From assembly GCA_041740495.1 (NCBI GenBank), contig JBGSLW010000345.1, positions 1,431 through 65,430 on the forward strand: a DNA stretch of 64,000 nt, in the 5' to 3' direction. Position numbers and translations under genes: made by a program. This document shows positions 46,737 to 55,689 of the stretch, one piece after another. Each line of letters opens with the position of its first letter. Positions within the stretch are counted from its first letter, which is position 1. Origin of the DNA: Pirellulaceae bacterium (GTDB lineage: Bacteria; Planctomycetota; Planctomycetia; Pirellulales; Pirellulaceae). The notes under the pieces are model-generated. The model was not told where the DNA came from, did no database searches, and saw nothing but the letters and a program-made list of their open reading frames with translations.

Positions 46737-47957
46737 ATGAAAAATGTCATCTTCGTCGCGCCGTATTTCTTAGACGCCACCGAGCGGTTTATCGCCGCGG
46801 CGGCGAGTTTACCGGGTGTGCGGCTCGGTCTGGTCAGTTGCGACGCGGAAGCGAAACTGAAACCGGGAATCCGCTCGAGGTTGGCCTGTCATTACGCGGT
46901 GCCGTCGCTCGAGACCGATGACCTGCTCCGCGGCGTCCTGGCGCTCCGCCAGCAATTGGGAGGCGCCGATTGCCTTTTGGGGATGCTGGAGCAAATCCAA
47001 GTCGGCCTGGGCGAGATTCGCGATCGACTGGGGATCCCGGGCATGGGGGCCGAAGTCGCCCACAACTTCCGCGACAAATCGCGAATGAAGAATGTCCTGC
47101 GAAATGCCGGGATCCCGTGCGCACGGCATCGCCTGGCGGCGGATGAAGCGACGGCGCTGGAATTCTCTCGCGAGGTCGGCTTTCCCATCGTGGTCAAACC
47201 CCCCGATGGGGCCGGGGCCAAAGGAACTTTTCGCTGCGAGAACGTCGACCAATTGCTGGGGGCCGTTCGCAGCCTGCGTCCCACGCCGCAGCAGCCCGCG
47301 TTGTTAGAAGAGTTTATCACGGGGATCGAACATTCGTATGACAGCGTCTTCGTCGGAGGTCGCTCGGTCTGGTATTCCATTTCGCACTATTTTCCCGGCC
47401 CCCTGGAAGTCCTCCGCGAGCCGTGGATTCAGTGGTGCGTGATCATTCCGCGCGAGTCACTGCATCCTCGCTACGAAGCGATTGTCGAGTGCGGGCCGCG
47501 GGCGATCGCCGCGCTCGGCTTGCGGACCGGCCTCAGTCACCTGGAATGGTTCCGTCGTCCGGACGGTTCGATCGCAGTTTCCGAAGTCGGCGCCCGCCCC
47601 CCCGGCGCGCAATTCACGTCGCTGCTTTCCTACGCCCACGACTTCGATTTCTACCAAGGCTGGGCCGAGCTGCTGATCTTTGAACGGTTTGCGCCCCCCG
47701 AACGCAAGTACGCTTGCGGGGCGGCGTATCTCCGCGGAATGGGGCAGGGGAGAATCGCTCACGTGCACGGAGTCGCCGAGGTCGCGGCGGAAATGGGCTC
47801 GGTGATCGTAGAAGCCAAGCTGCCACAAACCGGACAAAACCCCTCCAGCTCGTACGAAGGGGATGGGTACATCATCGTGCGCCACCCGGAAACTCGCGTC
47901 GTTGAGGAGGCGCTGGAGAAGATCATCCAGCGAATACGGGTCGAAGTCGCGGGGTGA
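46737..47957 (+). CDS. ATP-grasp domain ligase, paralog 2
   Basis: MKNVIFVAPYF start. Motifs are GFPIVVKPPDGAGAKG, EEFITGIEHSYD, SHLEWF and SEVGARPPG. Length 406 aa. Confidence 0.85.
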   Translation: MKNVIFVAPYFLDATERFIAAAASLPGVRLGLVSCDAEAKLKPGIRSRLACHYAVPSLETDDLLRGVLALRQQLGGADCLLGMLEQIQVGLGEIRDRLGIPGMGAEVAHNFRDKSRMKNVLRNAGIPCARHRLAADEATALEFSREVGFPIVVKPPDGAGAKGTFRCENVDQLLGAVRSLRPTPQQPALLEEFITGIEHSYDSVFVGGRSVWYSISHYFPGPLEVLREPWIQWCVIIPRESLHPRYEAIVECGPRAIAALGLRTGLSHLEWFRRPDGSIAVSEVGARPPGAQFTSLLSYAHDFDFYQGWAELLIFERFAPPERKYACGAAYLRGMGQGRIAHVHGVAEVAAEMGSVIVEAKLPQTGQNPSSSYEGDGYIIVRHPETRVVEEALEKIIQRIRVEVAG

Positions 47958-48148
47958 AATCGCTCCTCCAACTTCATTGCGATATGGTGTACACACATAC
48001 ACTATGTTGACGTTGGTTCCACTTTCACAATGCCCCTCGGAATAATGCAGTATTCCTTTTCACCCTCCCGCGGGGAGGATCGGACGCACGATGCGGCCGG
48101 GGAGGGCCAATCTTGCGCTCCGTGGCGACAGCATTTTGCAGCCGCTCT

Positions 48149-48195
48149 CCGCCCGCATCCTTGCGGGCGGCTCTCCCCTCGAAGACGGGGGAGAG
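48149..48195. repeat. two adjacent GC-rich hairpins (second one family C-like) between ATP-grasp paralogs 2 and 3
   Basis: CCGCCCGCA-tcct-TGCGGGCGG (48149-48170), then CTCTCCCC-tcgaagac-GGGGGAGAG (48171-48195). Confidence 0.7.
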
Positions 48196-48290
48196 TGAAT
48201 TTCGGTCCGTGGATTATAGTAGTATGCAGTGAACGTTGAGCCTCCGGGACAAGACTTACGGCAGCGCTTTCTCTATCAACTCGAATCTCC

Positions 48291-49508
48291 ATGAACGTCT
48301 TGATGTTTTCTCCCGGCTTTCCTTACGAGCAGCCGTTTTTCACGCGCGGGTTGCGGCGGCAGGGGGCGAACGTGATCGGCGTGGGGGATCAGCCCGCGCA
48401 CGACGTGTCCCCGATGGCCCGCGAAGCCTTGGCCGATTACTGGCAGATCGGCTCGTTCAGCGACGAAGAACAAGTGCTTGAGCAAATCGTCGACCGCGCA
48501 CGGCATGTGCGGATCGACCAGGTCGAATCGACGTGGGAGCCGCTGATGACCCTCGCCGCCAAGCTGCGGGCCCGCTTGGGACTCGCTGGGATGACGCTCG
48601 AGGAGACGATCCCCTTCCGCGATAAGGAAGTGATGAAACGGATGCTCGATCGGCACGGGATCCGGACTCCGCGGCATGCCAGTTCGACCAGCGCCGACGG
48701 AGTCCGCCAGGCCGCCGCGGCGATCGGTTATCCGATCTGCGTCAAGCCGATTGCGGGGGCGGGGTCCGCCGACACGTTCCGGGTGGAGAACGAGCGCGAA
48801 CTAGAAGACGTGCTGCCGCAGCTGCGGCATGTCCCCGAGGTGAGCGTGGAGGAGTTCATCGAGGGGGAGGAGTATACGTTCGACACAATCTGCATCGACG
48901 GGGAGATCCGCTACTACAACATTTCCTGGTACCGTCCCAATCCCCTGGTGCAACGGCAACATCAATGGATCAGCCCGCAGACGATGGCGTTGCGGAACCC
49001 GGACGATCCGAAGCTCGCGGGGGGGCGGGCCTTGGGTGCGGCGGTCCTCAAGGCTCTGGGGTTTCGCACCGGCTTCACCCATATGGAGTGGTTCCGCAAG
49101 TCGAACGGCGAAGCGGTCTTCGGGGAAATCGCCGCGCGACCCCCTGGGGCCAGTTCGGTCGATATCATGAACTTCGCCAGCGACGTCGACTTGTACGAGG
49201 GCTGGGCCGAGGCGGTCCTGCATCGCCGGTTCAGCATACCGCTGGAGCGAAAATACAACGCCGCGCATATCTTCAAACGGGCCCAGGGGGAGGGGCGGGT
49301 CCAGCGGATCACCGGCCTGGAGAGCTTGCTGGCCGATTATGGCCCCCAGATTTGCACGATCGACCTGCTGCCGATCGGGGCCCCCCGGCGCAACTGGAAG
49401 CAAACCCTCCGCTCCGATGGGATGGTGATCATTCGCCATCCCGACTTGGCCACCGCCTGCGAAATTGCGGATCAGGTCGGGATCCGCTTGCAGATGTATG
49501 CGAGTTAG
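48291..49508 (+). CDS. ATP-grasp domain ligase, paralog 3
   Basis: MNVLMFSPGFP start. Motifs are GYPICVKPIAGAGSAD, EEFIEGEEYTFD, THMEWF and GEIAARPPG. Length 405 aa. Confidence 0.85.
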   Translation: MNVLMFSPGFPYEQPFFTRGLRRQGANVIGVGDQPAHDVSPMAREALADYWQIGSFSDEEQVLEQIVDRARHVRIDQVESTWEPLMTLAAKLRARLGLAGMTLEETIPFRDKEVMKRMLDRHGIRTPRHASSTSADGVRQAAAAIGYPICVKPIAGAGSADTFRVENERELEDVLPQLRHVPEVSVEEFIEGEEYTFDTICIDGEIRYYNISWYRPNPLVQRQHQWISPQTMALRNPDDPKLAGGRALGAAVLKALGFRTGFTHMEWFRKSNGEAVFGEIAARPPGASSVDIMNFASDVDLYEGWAEAVLHRRFSIPLERKYNAAHIFKRAQGEGRVQRITGLESLLADYGPQICTIDLLPIGAPRRNWKQTLRSDGMVIIRHPDLATACEIADQVGIRLQMYAS

Positions 49509-49543
49509 AGCCGATCTCAAAACTCGCTGATCCCCACACCCTG

Positions 49544-49570
49544 CCCTCTCCCCCGCAGCGGGGGAGAGGG
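49544..49570 (+). terminator. family C hairpin 36 nt after ATP-grasp paralog 3 (terminator-like, no clear U-tract)
   Basis: CCCTCTCCCCCGC-a-GCGGGGGAGAGGG. Confidence 0.35.
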
Positions 49571-49724
49571 TTATGGGATAGGCTCTTTCCCGGTACGCAA
49601 ACGCATACACTTGCAACCTTCACCTTGAGTAACGATGATCTTCTAAAGGCCGATTTGCGATCAACTTTCGCGTTGAATTGAAAACGGTTTCGATTTGATT
49701 TCTCTGTCCTCGTCCCGGAGAGCC

Positions 49725-50417
49725 ATGTCGAACAACACGTCAAGTCGTTTGAAACGTGGGATCCGACACGCTATCGTTCTGGTCGCCATGGTATTGGTGT
49801 CGCCGATGATTCTCATGGCGCAACTGGAGAAATGGCTTCAATGGGGCGAGTGGTGGTTTGTCGCCTTTTCCGAAATGTTGAGCCAAATCCCCGGCCGAAC
49901 CGGCGCTGCTTTGCGCTTGGGTTACTATCGCGGAACATTGAACCGATGCGGGTTCAATGTCTACTTTGGCTTTGGAACCAAAATCAACCACCGAACGGCG
50001 GAAATTGCCCAAGGTGTGGTCATCGGGTCACATTGCAATATCGGAACAGTAACGCTGGGCGAAGGGGTCTTGGTCGGATCGCGCGTTTGTCTTTTGAGTG
50101 GGGGTCGGCAACACGACCACACGGGAGACAATGAAAGGCTGGAGCACGGCGCACCCTATTTTGTCAGAATTCATATTGGCCCGCGGACTTGGCTGGGCGA
50201 GGGAGCCATCGTGATGGCCGATGTCGGCGGTCGGAGCACCGTCGCGGCAGGCAGCGTGGTCTTTCGGCCGATTCCTGAAGGCGTCATGGCCATGGGGAAC
50301 CCCGCCCGAGTTGTTTCGCGAGATTTCTCCGTGCCCGCCATTCCGAAAGACCGGGCGGACGGTCAGCCGATTCCGTCCATCGTGGGAGCCGTGTCTCCAA
50401 AGATCGATTCACCCTGA
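49725..50417 (+). CDS. membrane-associated hexapeptide-repeat (LbH, WcaF/MAT-like) acyltransferase
   Basis: ATG at 49725. An N-terminal hydrophobic segment AIVLVAMVLVSPMILM is followed by left-handed beta-helix hexapeptide repeats (GVVIGSHCNIGTVTLGEGVLVGSRVCLL...IGPRTWLGEGAIVMADVGGRSTVAAGSVV). Confidence 0.8.
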   Translation: MSNNTSSRLKRGIRHAIVLVAMVLVSPMILMAQLEKWLQWGEWWFVAFSEMLSQIPGRTGAALRLGYYRGTLNRCGFNVYFGFGTKINHRTAEIAQGVVIGSHCNIGTVTLGEGVLVGSRVCLLSGGRQHDHTGDNERLEHGAPYFVRIHIGPRTWLGEGAIVMADVGGRSTVAAGSVVFRPIPEGVMAMGNPARVVSRDFSVPAIPKDRADGQPIPSIVGAVSPKIDSP

Positions 50418-50432
50418 TTGGCAAGTGGAAAA

Positions 50433-50566
50433 GTAAGCGTTCACGGGGCGAACAACCGAATGGTTCACTTGGAGGGGGTCAGACCCATTTTTCGGAGTTA
50501 GCGTACCTTGCAGATTGCCCTTTCAAGCCGAAACATGCGTCAGACCCCCGGCGCGTGAACGGTTAC
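50433..50566. repeat. 134-bp inverted repeat, left copy (IR-L)
   Basis: The reverse complement of 56801-56934 matches 50433-50566 with about 5 mismatches by hand alignment. It ends 12 nt before the ATG at 50579. Confidence 0.9.
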
Positions 50567-50578
50567 AGTGGAATACCC

Positions 50579-51577
50579 ATGGACAAGACTCGACTGAAAC
50601 CGATTCGATACGGCCGCCCCGTATTAGGATTGTTAACCGTAGTGACGTTGTTGCTGGTCCTGCAAATCCCCATCGTTCCGAAAGAGCCTCCTATGTCACC
50701 CAAGTCCAATCGCGTTCCCGACTGGAGCAATTATTCCAGCGCGTCGCCGGGCGGCCGACTCCGGCTGCTTTTCATCCACCATTCCTGTGGCGGTCAATGG
50801 CTGGCGCCGCTGGGAACCAATCAGGGCCGCCAGAGTATTTACGAAAGTTCGGACAAGGGCGGAGGCTTGCGTCCGGCATTGGAGGAACAAGGCTACGAAA
50901 TCCATGAGGCCTCGTATGGAAGCCGCGTCGGCGATCGGACCGATCTGTTTGATTGGTGGCCGAAATTCCGAGATCAGATGCCGCAAATTCTCCAATGTGC
51001 CCACCAAGACGAGGTCTACTCCAACGGCGAGTCGAATCAGATTGTGGTCTTCAAATCGTGTTTTCCGAACAGCTTTTTCGTGGGGGAGGGAAAGTCACCT
51101 GGGAATCCGCTTGGTCCTGAATTGACTGTGGCGAATGCCCAGGCGGCGTATCGGGAGCTGTTGCCCCTGTTCGAAAACCAACCGCAGACGCTGTTCGTCG
51201 TGGTTACGGCCCCGCCGTTGGTCCTCGAGTCGATTCCGCTGTACAAATCGCTTGCCAAATGGCTTTTGGGTCGGCCCAGTCTCAGCCGTTCCGGGGTTTT
51301 CGCCCGGAAATTCAACAACTGGCTCAAGGATCCCGAGACCGGTTGGTTGGCAAATTATTCCCAGAAAAATGTAGCCGTTTTCGACTATTTCGACGTTTTG
51401 ACGGAGGATGGGAAATCCAACTTCTTGCGTTTCCCGTCCGGCCCAAGAAAAATGGACAATCACCCGAGTTCGGCCGGCAACCAACGTGCCACCGAAGCGT
51501 TTATTCCTTTCCTGAACCAAGCCGTCCGACGATCGGGACTGGTTCAACTGCCTCATCTTCAACCCTCACCCCAGTAA
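50579..51577 (+). CDS. hypothetical N-terminally anchored protein (alpha/beta-fold-like, no named motif recognised)
   Basis: ATG at 50579 (MDKTRLKPIRYGRPVLGLLTVVTLLLVL, TM). It has strand-end motifs LLFIHHSCGG, IVVFKSCFPN and LFVVVTAPPL. Sampled lines look somewhat lower in GC than the neighbours. Confidence 0.6.
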   Translation: MDKTRLKPIRYGRPVLGLLTVVTLLLVLQIPIVPKEPPMSPKSNRVPDWSNYSSASPGGRLRLLFIHHSCGGQWLAPLGTNQGRQSIYESSDKGGGLRPALEEQGYEIHEASYGSRVGDRTDLFDWWPKFRDQMPQILQCAHQDEVYSNGESNQIVVFKSCFPNSFFVGEGKSPGNPLGPELTVANAQAAYRELLPLFENQPQTLFVVVTAPPLVLESIPLYKSLAKWLLGRPSLSRSGVFARKFNNWLKDPETGWLANYSQKNVAVFDYFDVLTEDGKSNFLRFPSGPRKMDNHPSSAGNQRATEAFIPFLNQAVRRSGLVQLPHLQPSPQ

Positions 51578-51791
51578 GTCATGTCGGTTGGATATCGATA
51601 GCGCCGAACGCAATTGCGATCGGAATCGGATCCCTTGTCTCGTGGTGCGTCTCGGCCGATGGAGGCCTGAATGCACACCGCGATTCGATCAGGCGATCTC
51701 CGGCACACGGATCGAGCCGTAACATCTTTTCCCGCTTTCCCTTCCAGCTGCCTCACCTCTCAATTCGCCTCGTCATCGGTAGGAGTAATTC

Positions 51792-52046
51792 GTGGATCCA
51801 TGCTCGCGCATTCGACAATTTTTGACCGAGAATTTCTTGTACGGCGCCGGCGAAACACTGACGGATGACAACGCATCGCTGGTGCAATCCGGGATCGTGG
51901 ACTCGACCGGTATCCTGGAACTCGTCGCGTTCGTGGAAGAATCGTTCGAGATGCGGGTCCGCGACGAAGAGATCATTCCAGCCAACTTCGATTCGGTGAA
52001 CCAGATTCTCATGTTCGTCCAGCGCAAATCCGCCGTAACCGCCTAA
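51792..52046 (+). CDS. acyl/peptidyl carrier protein (DltC-like)
   Basis: GTG start 6 nt after AGGAG. The 84-aa protein has the phosphopantetheine-site motif GIVDSTGILELV. Confidence 0.8.
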   Translation: MDPCSRIRQFLTENFLYGAGETLTDDNASLVQSGIVDSTGILELVAFVEESFEMRVRDEEIIPANFDSVNQILMFVQRKSAVTA

Positions 52047-52078
52047 GCGCTTTTGGGCAATCCGGCCGGAAGGACGAT

Positions 52079-53614
52079 ATGCAGCTGGTCCAGGACTATC
52101 TCGAGCAAAGTGCCGAACGGAACCCAGACAAGATCGCTCTGGTCTGCGATGGCCAGCGGTATTCCTACGCAGCGATCGACACGCTGGCGAATCGGCTGGC
52201 GAACGTGCTGCTCGCTCATGGCGTTGACCGTGGGGATCGCGTGGTTCTCTTGCTTCCCAATGGCCTGGAATTGGCGATTGGCATATTCGGCGTGTTGAAG
52301 GCGGGCGCCGTTTTTGTGGTGCTCCACAGCTCCATGAAATTTGACAAAGTCCAGCGGATCGCGGCGGACTGCGGAGCGGTGGCGATGTTGGCCTCGACCA
52401 GGGACCGTGCGTCGGCGGCCTGGATCAAGGATAACGTCCCCTCGTTGAAGCGGGTGATGTTGATGGACGATTCGGGACAACCCTCGGGGCCCGACGACCC
52501 GAGGTTTCTCCGCTGGACCGATCTGTCAATAGCGGCGTCGTCGGAACGTCCGCACCGCAAAACGATCGATCGAGATTTGGCTTTTTTGGTCTATACCTCG
52601 GGGAGCAGTGGCGTCGCCAAGGGGGTGATGTCGGCGCATGCCAACGTGACCTTCGCGGTGGAGTCGATAACGACGTATCTCGAAAACGTCGCGGACGACG
52701 TCCTCCTCTGCGCGCTGCCGATGTCGTTCAGCTACGGGCTGTACCAGCTGTTCATGATGTTGCAGGTAGGCGCCACCCTGGTGCTCGAACGATCCTTTGC
52801 GTTTCCAGCCCATTTTCTCCAGTTGATGGAGCGGGAGGGGGTGACGGGACTGCCCGGAGTTCCCACCTTGTTCAGTATCTTACTGGAAACGGACACCTCG
52901 CCCTACGATTGCAGCCGATTGCGGTACATCACGAATGCCGGGGCCGCATTGAATACGACTCTGATCTCGCGGCTGCGCGAACGGTTTCCGCGCGCGCAAC
53001 TCTATTCGATGTACGGATTGACGGAAACCAAGCGGACGTTGTACTTGCCCCCTGCCGAACTCGATCGCCGGCCCGAATCGGTCGGAATCGCCATCCCGGG
53101 GACCGAAGTCTGGCTGGTCGACGAGGACGATCAACGGTTGGGAGCCAACCAAGTCGGAGAGCTGGTAGTACGCGGCGGCCATGTGATGCGAGGATATTGG
53201 AACGATCCGGTCGGCACCGCGCGTCGTTTTCGGCCCGGTCCGCTCCCCGGGGAATTTGTGTGTTATAGCGGGGACCTGTTCCGCCGGGATGACGAAGGTT
53301 TCTATTACTTCGTCAGCCGCAAAGACGACATCCTCAAATGCCGTGGAGAAAAAGTTGCGCCGAAGGAAATCGAGGAAGTCCTGTGCCGCATGGCGGACGT
53401 CTTCGAAGCGGCGGTGATCGGCGTCCCCGACCCGACACTCGGACAGGCGATCAAGGCCTTTGTTGTCCGCCGGACAGCTGCCTTGACGGACAATGACGTG
53501 CTGCGGCATTGTCGGGCGCATCTCGAAGATTTCATGATCCCGCGCGAAATTGTGTTCGTGACGGAACTCCCCAAAAACGCCAACGGCAAGATTCAAAAGT
53601 CACTTCTGCAGTGA
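52079..53614 (+). CDS. ANL-superfamily adenylating enzyme (AMP-dependent acyl-CoA/acyl-carrier-protein ligase)
   Basis: Motifs are LVYTSGSSGVAKGV (A3), YGLTET (A5), YSGDLFRRDDEGFYYFVSRKDD (A7/A8) and PKNANGKIQK (A10 Lys). Confidence 0.9.
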   Translation: MQLVQDYLEQSAERNPDKIALVCDGQRYSYAAIDTLANRLANVLLAHGVDRGDRVVLLLPNGLELAIGIFGVLKAGAVFVVLHSSMKFDKVQRIAADCGAVAMLASTRDRASAAWIKDNVPSLKRVMLMDDSGQPSGPDDPRFLRWTDLSIAASSERPHRKTIDRDLAFLVYTSGSSGVAKGVMSAHANVTFAVESITTYLENVADDVLLCALPMSFSYGLYQLFMMLQVGATLVLERSFAFPAHFLQLMEREGVTGLPGVPTLFSILLETDTSPYDCSRLRYITNAGAALNTTLISRLRERFPRAQLYSMYGLTETKRTLYLPPAELDRRPESVGIAIPGTEVWLVDEDDQRLGANQVGELVVRGGHVMRGYWNDPVGTARRFRPGPLPGEFVCYSGDLFRRDDEGFYYFVSRKDDILKCRGEKVAPKEIEEVLCRMADVFEAAVIGVPDPTLGQAIKAFVVRRTAALTDNDVLRHCRAHLEDFMIPREIVFVTELPKNANGKIQKSLLQ

Positions 53615-53623
53615 TGCGATCGA

Positions 53624-55675
53624 ATGTGTGGACTCGTCGGTATGCTTGATCCCCGGCGCGCGACGTCGGACCCCGGCGGCGCCATGCGGCGGATGCTTGG
53701 TTCGATCCAGCATCGTGGACCCGATCAGTGCGGCTTGTACTTGTACGCCAGCGGCGCCTTGCAGGTCGCATTGGCACATGCTCGGTTGAGTATTATCGAC
53801 ATCGACGGTGGGCAACAGCCGCTTGGCAACCGGGACGGCGCCAAATGGATTGTCTTCAACGGCGAAGTTTTCAACTTTCGGGAACTTCGACGCGACTTGG
53901 AGAAGCTCGGCCATCGCTTTGCCACCTCCACCGATACGGAGGTGGTGTTGCATCTCTACGAACGATATGGAGCGGCCTGTCTGGAGCTGCTCAATGGGCA
54001 ATTTGCCCTGGCGATCTGGGACGAGTCCGCCCGGCGCTTGTTCTTGGCTCGCGATCCGCAGGGGATCTTGCCGCTGTATTACACCTGGCGAAATGGGCAG
54101 CTGTTGTTCGCTTCGGAAATCAAAGCGTTGCTGGCCCACCCGCATGTCGAAGCGGCGATCGACCCGATTGGATTGGATCAAGTGTTTTCCTATTGGGGGC
54201 CGTTGGCGCCTCGCACTTGCTTTACCGACGTCCGAGCACTGCCGCCGGGGCATCGCGCTACGGTTTCCGCCGACGGCCAAATGCAGGTTGAACGTTACTG
54301 GTCCCTGTCGTTTCCGGGGCAAGGGGATGAGTCGCGGCTGGACCTCCGGGAGGCCGCGGAGGAATTGCACGCGTTGTTAGACGATGCCACCAAAATCCGC
54401 CTGCGAGCCGATGTGACGGTGGGCGCCTATTTGAGCGGGGGACTCGATTCTTCCGCGGTCACGGCCCTGGCCCGGCGAGCTGTCGAGGAACGGCTTGAGA
54501 CCTTTTCTGTTGCGTTTGCGGACGAGTCGTTCGATGAGAGCAAATTCCAACGGGCGACGGCCGATTTCTTGGGAACTCGGCACCGCGTGGTGACTTGTGA
54601 CTCAAACGATATTGGAGCGGTGTTTCCGGAGGTGGTTTGGCACGCGGAGGCGGCGCTGCTGCGAACCGCGCCGGCCCCGCTATTCTTGTTGTCAAGGCTC
54701 GTGCGGGATTCGGGGATCAAAGTCGTCTTGACCGGCGAAGGATCCGACGAGTTCCTAGGGGGCTACAACATTTTCAAGGAAGCCAAGGTCCGGCGATTCT
54801 GGGCGCGGCAGCCTGAATCGGCGTGGCGGCCCCGCTTGCTGGAACGGCTCTATCCCTACATACCGCAGTTGAGCGCCGCGGGGCTTCCCTATCTCAAGTC
54901 ATTTTTTGGCCAGGACTTGGATGCGTCCGGACCCTACTTTTCACACCAGGTCCGTTGGAACGGCACGTCGCGCCTCAAGCGGATCTTTTCCGCAGAATTC
55001 CGCGAGACGATCCGTAACGAATTCGCGACTTCCGGAGCTGGCCGCGAACCGTCGTTCATTGGCCCGCTGGTGCCACCGGAGTTTGAAGGCTGGAGTGGAC
55101 TGGCGCGGGCCCAGTTTCTGGAGGCGACGGTTTTTCTGCCCGACTACTTGCTCTCGTCTCAGGGAGATCGGATGTTGATGGCCCACGGGATCGAAGGGCG
55201 ATTCCCATTTCTGGATCCGCGCGTGATCTCCTTTTGCAACCAATTATCGCCGCACCTGAAACTGTGCGGACTCAACGAAAAATTCGTACTAAAACAGGCG
55301 ATAGGCCGCGAGTTGCCGACCAGCGTGGGCGAACGGACCAAACGCCCGTTCCGCGCGCCCATCCAAGCAGCCTTTGTTCGCAACGGGCAATGGGTGGAAT
55401 GGGCCGCCGATTTGTTATCCGCGCCGGCCATTCAATCGAGCGGCTATTTTGAGCCGAAAGCCGTTGCGGGTTTGACCCACAAGGCGACTCGCGCCCAATC
55501 GCTCAGCGAAATGGACGGGATGGCCTTGGTCGGTGTGATTTCGACACAATTGCTGCATTCAATGTTTGTGCAGCGCGTGCGGCAGCCCAGCAACTTCCAC
55601 CGTGTGCACGAGTGGAAAGTTGTGGACCACTCGCACGAGCCCTCGGCGGCAACTCAAGAACGATTTTTGCAATGA
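53624..55675 (+). CDS. asparagine synthetase B-family glutamine amidotransferase
   Basis: N-terminal nucleophile MCGLVG (Cys2), Ntn-GATase domain, PP-loop SGGLDSS. Length 683 aa. Confidence 0.9.
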   Translation: MCGLVGMLDPRRATSDPGGAMRRMLGSIQHRGPDQCGLYLYASGALQVALAHARLSIIDIDGGQQPLGNRDGAKWIVFNGEVFNFRELRRDLEKLGHRFATSTDTEVVLHLYERYGAACLELLNGQFALAIWDESARRLFLARDPQGILPLYYTWRNGQLLFASEIKALLAHPHVEAAIDPIGLDQVFSYWGPLAPRTCFTDVRALPPGHRATVSADGQMQVERYWSLSFPGQGDESRLDLREAAEELHALLDDATKIRLRADVTVGAYLSGGLDSSAVTALARRAVEERLETFSVAFADESFDESKFQRATADFLGTRHRVVTCDSNDIGAVFPEVVWHAEAALLRTAPAPLFLLSRLVRDSGIKVVLTGEGSDEFLGGYNIFKEAKVRRFWARQPESAWRPRLLERLYPYIPQLSAAGLPYLKSFFGQDLDASGPYFSHQVRWNGTSRLKRIFSAEFRETIRNEFATSGAGREPSFIGPLVPPEFEGWSGLARAQFLEATVFLPDYLLSSQGDRMLMAHGIEGRFPFLDPRVISFCNQLSPHLKLCGLNEKFVLKQAIGRELPTSVGERTKRPFRAPIQAAFVRNGQWVEWAADLLSAPAIQSSGYFEPKAVAGLTHKATRAQSLSEMDGMALVGVISTQLLHSMFVQRVRQPSNFHRVHEWKVVDHSHEPSAATQERFLQ

Positions 55676-55689
55676 AGGAGAACAGAGCG

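Noticed and set aside
50555-50578. GTG start at 50555 for the 333-aa hypothetical protein
   Set aside because: It would put the first codons inside the 134-bp inverted repeat. The ATG at 50579 gives a normal N-terminus before the TM helix. It is not excluded.
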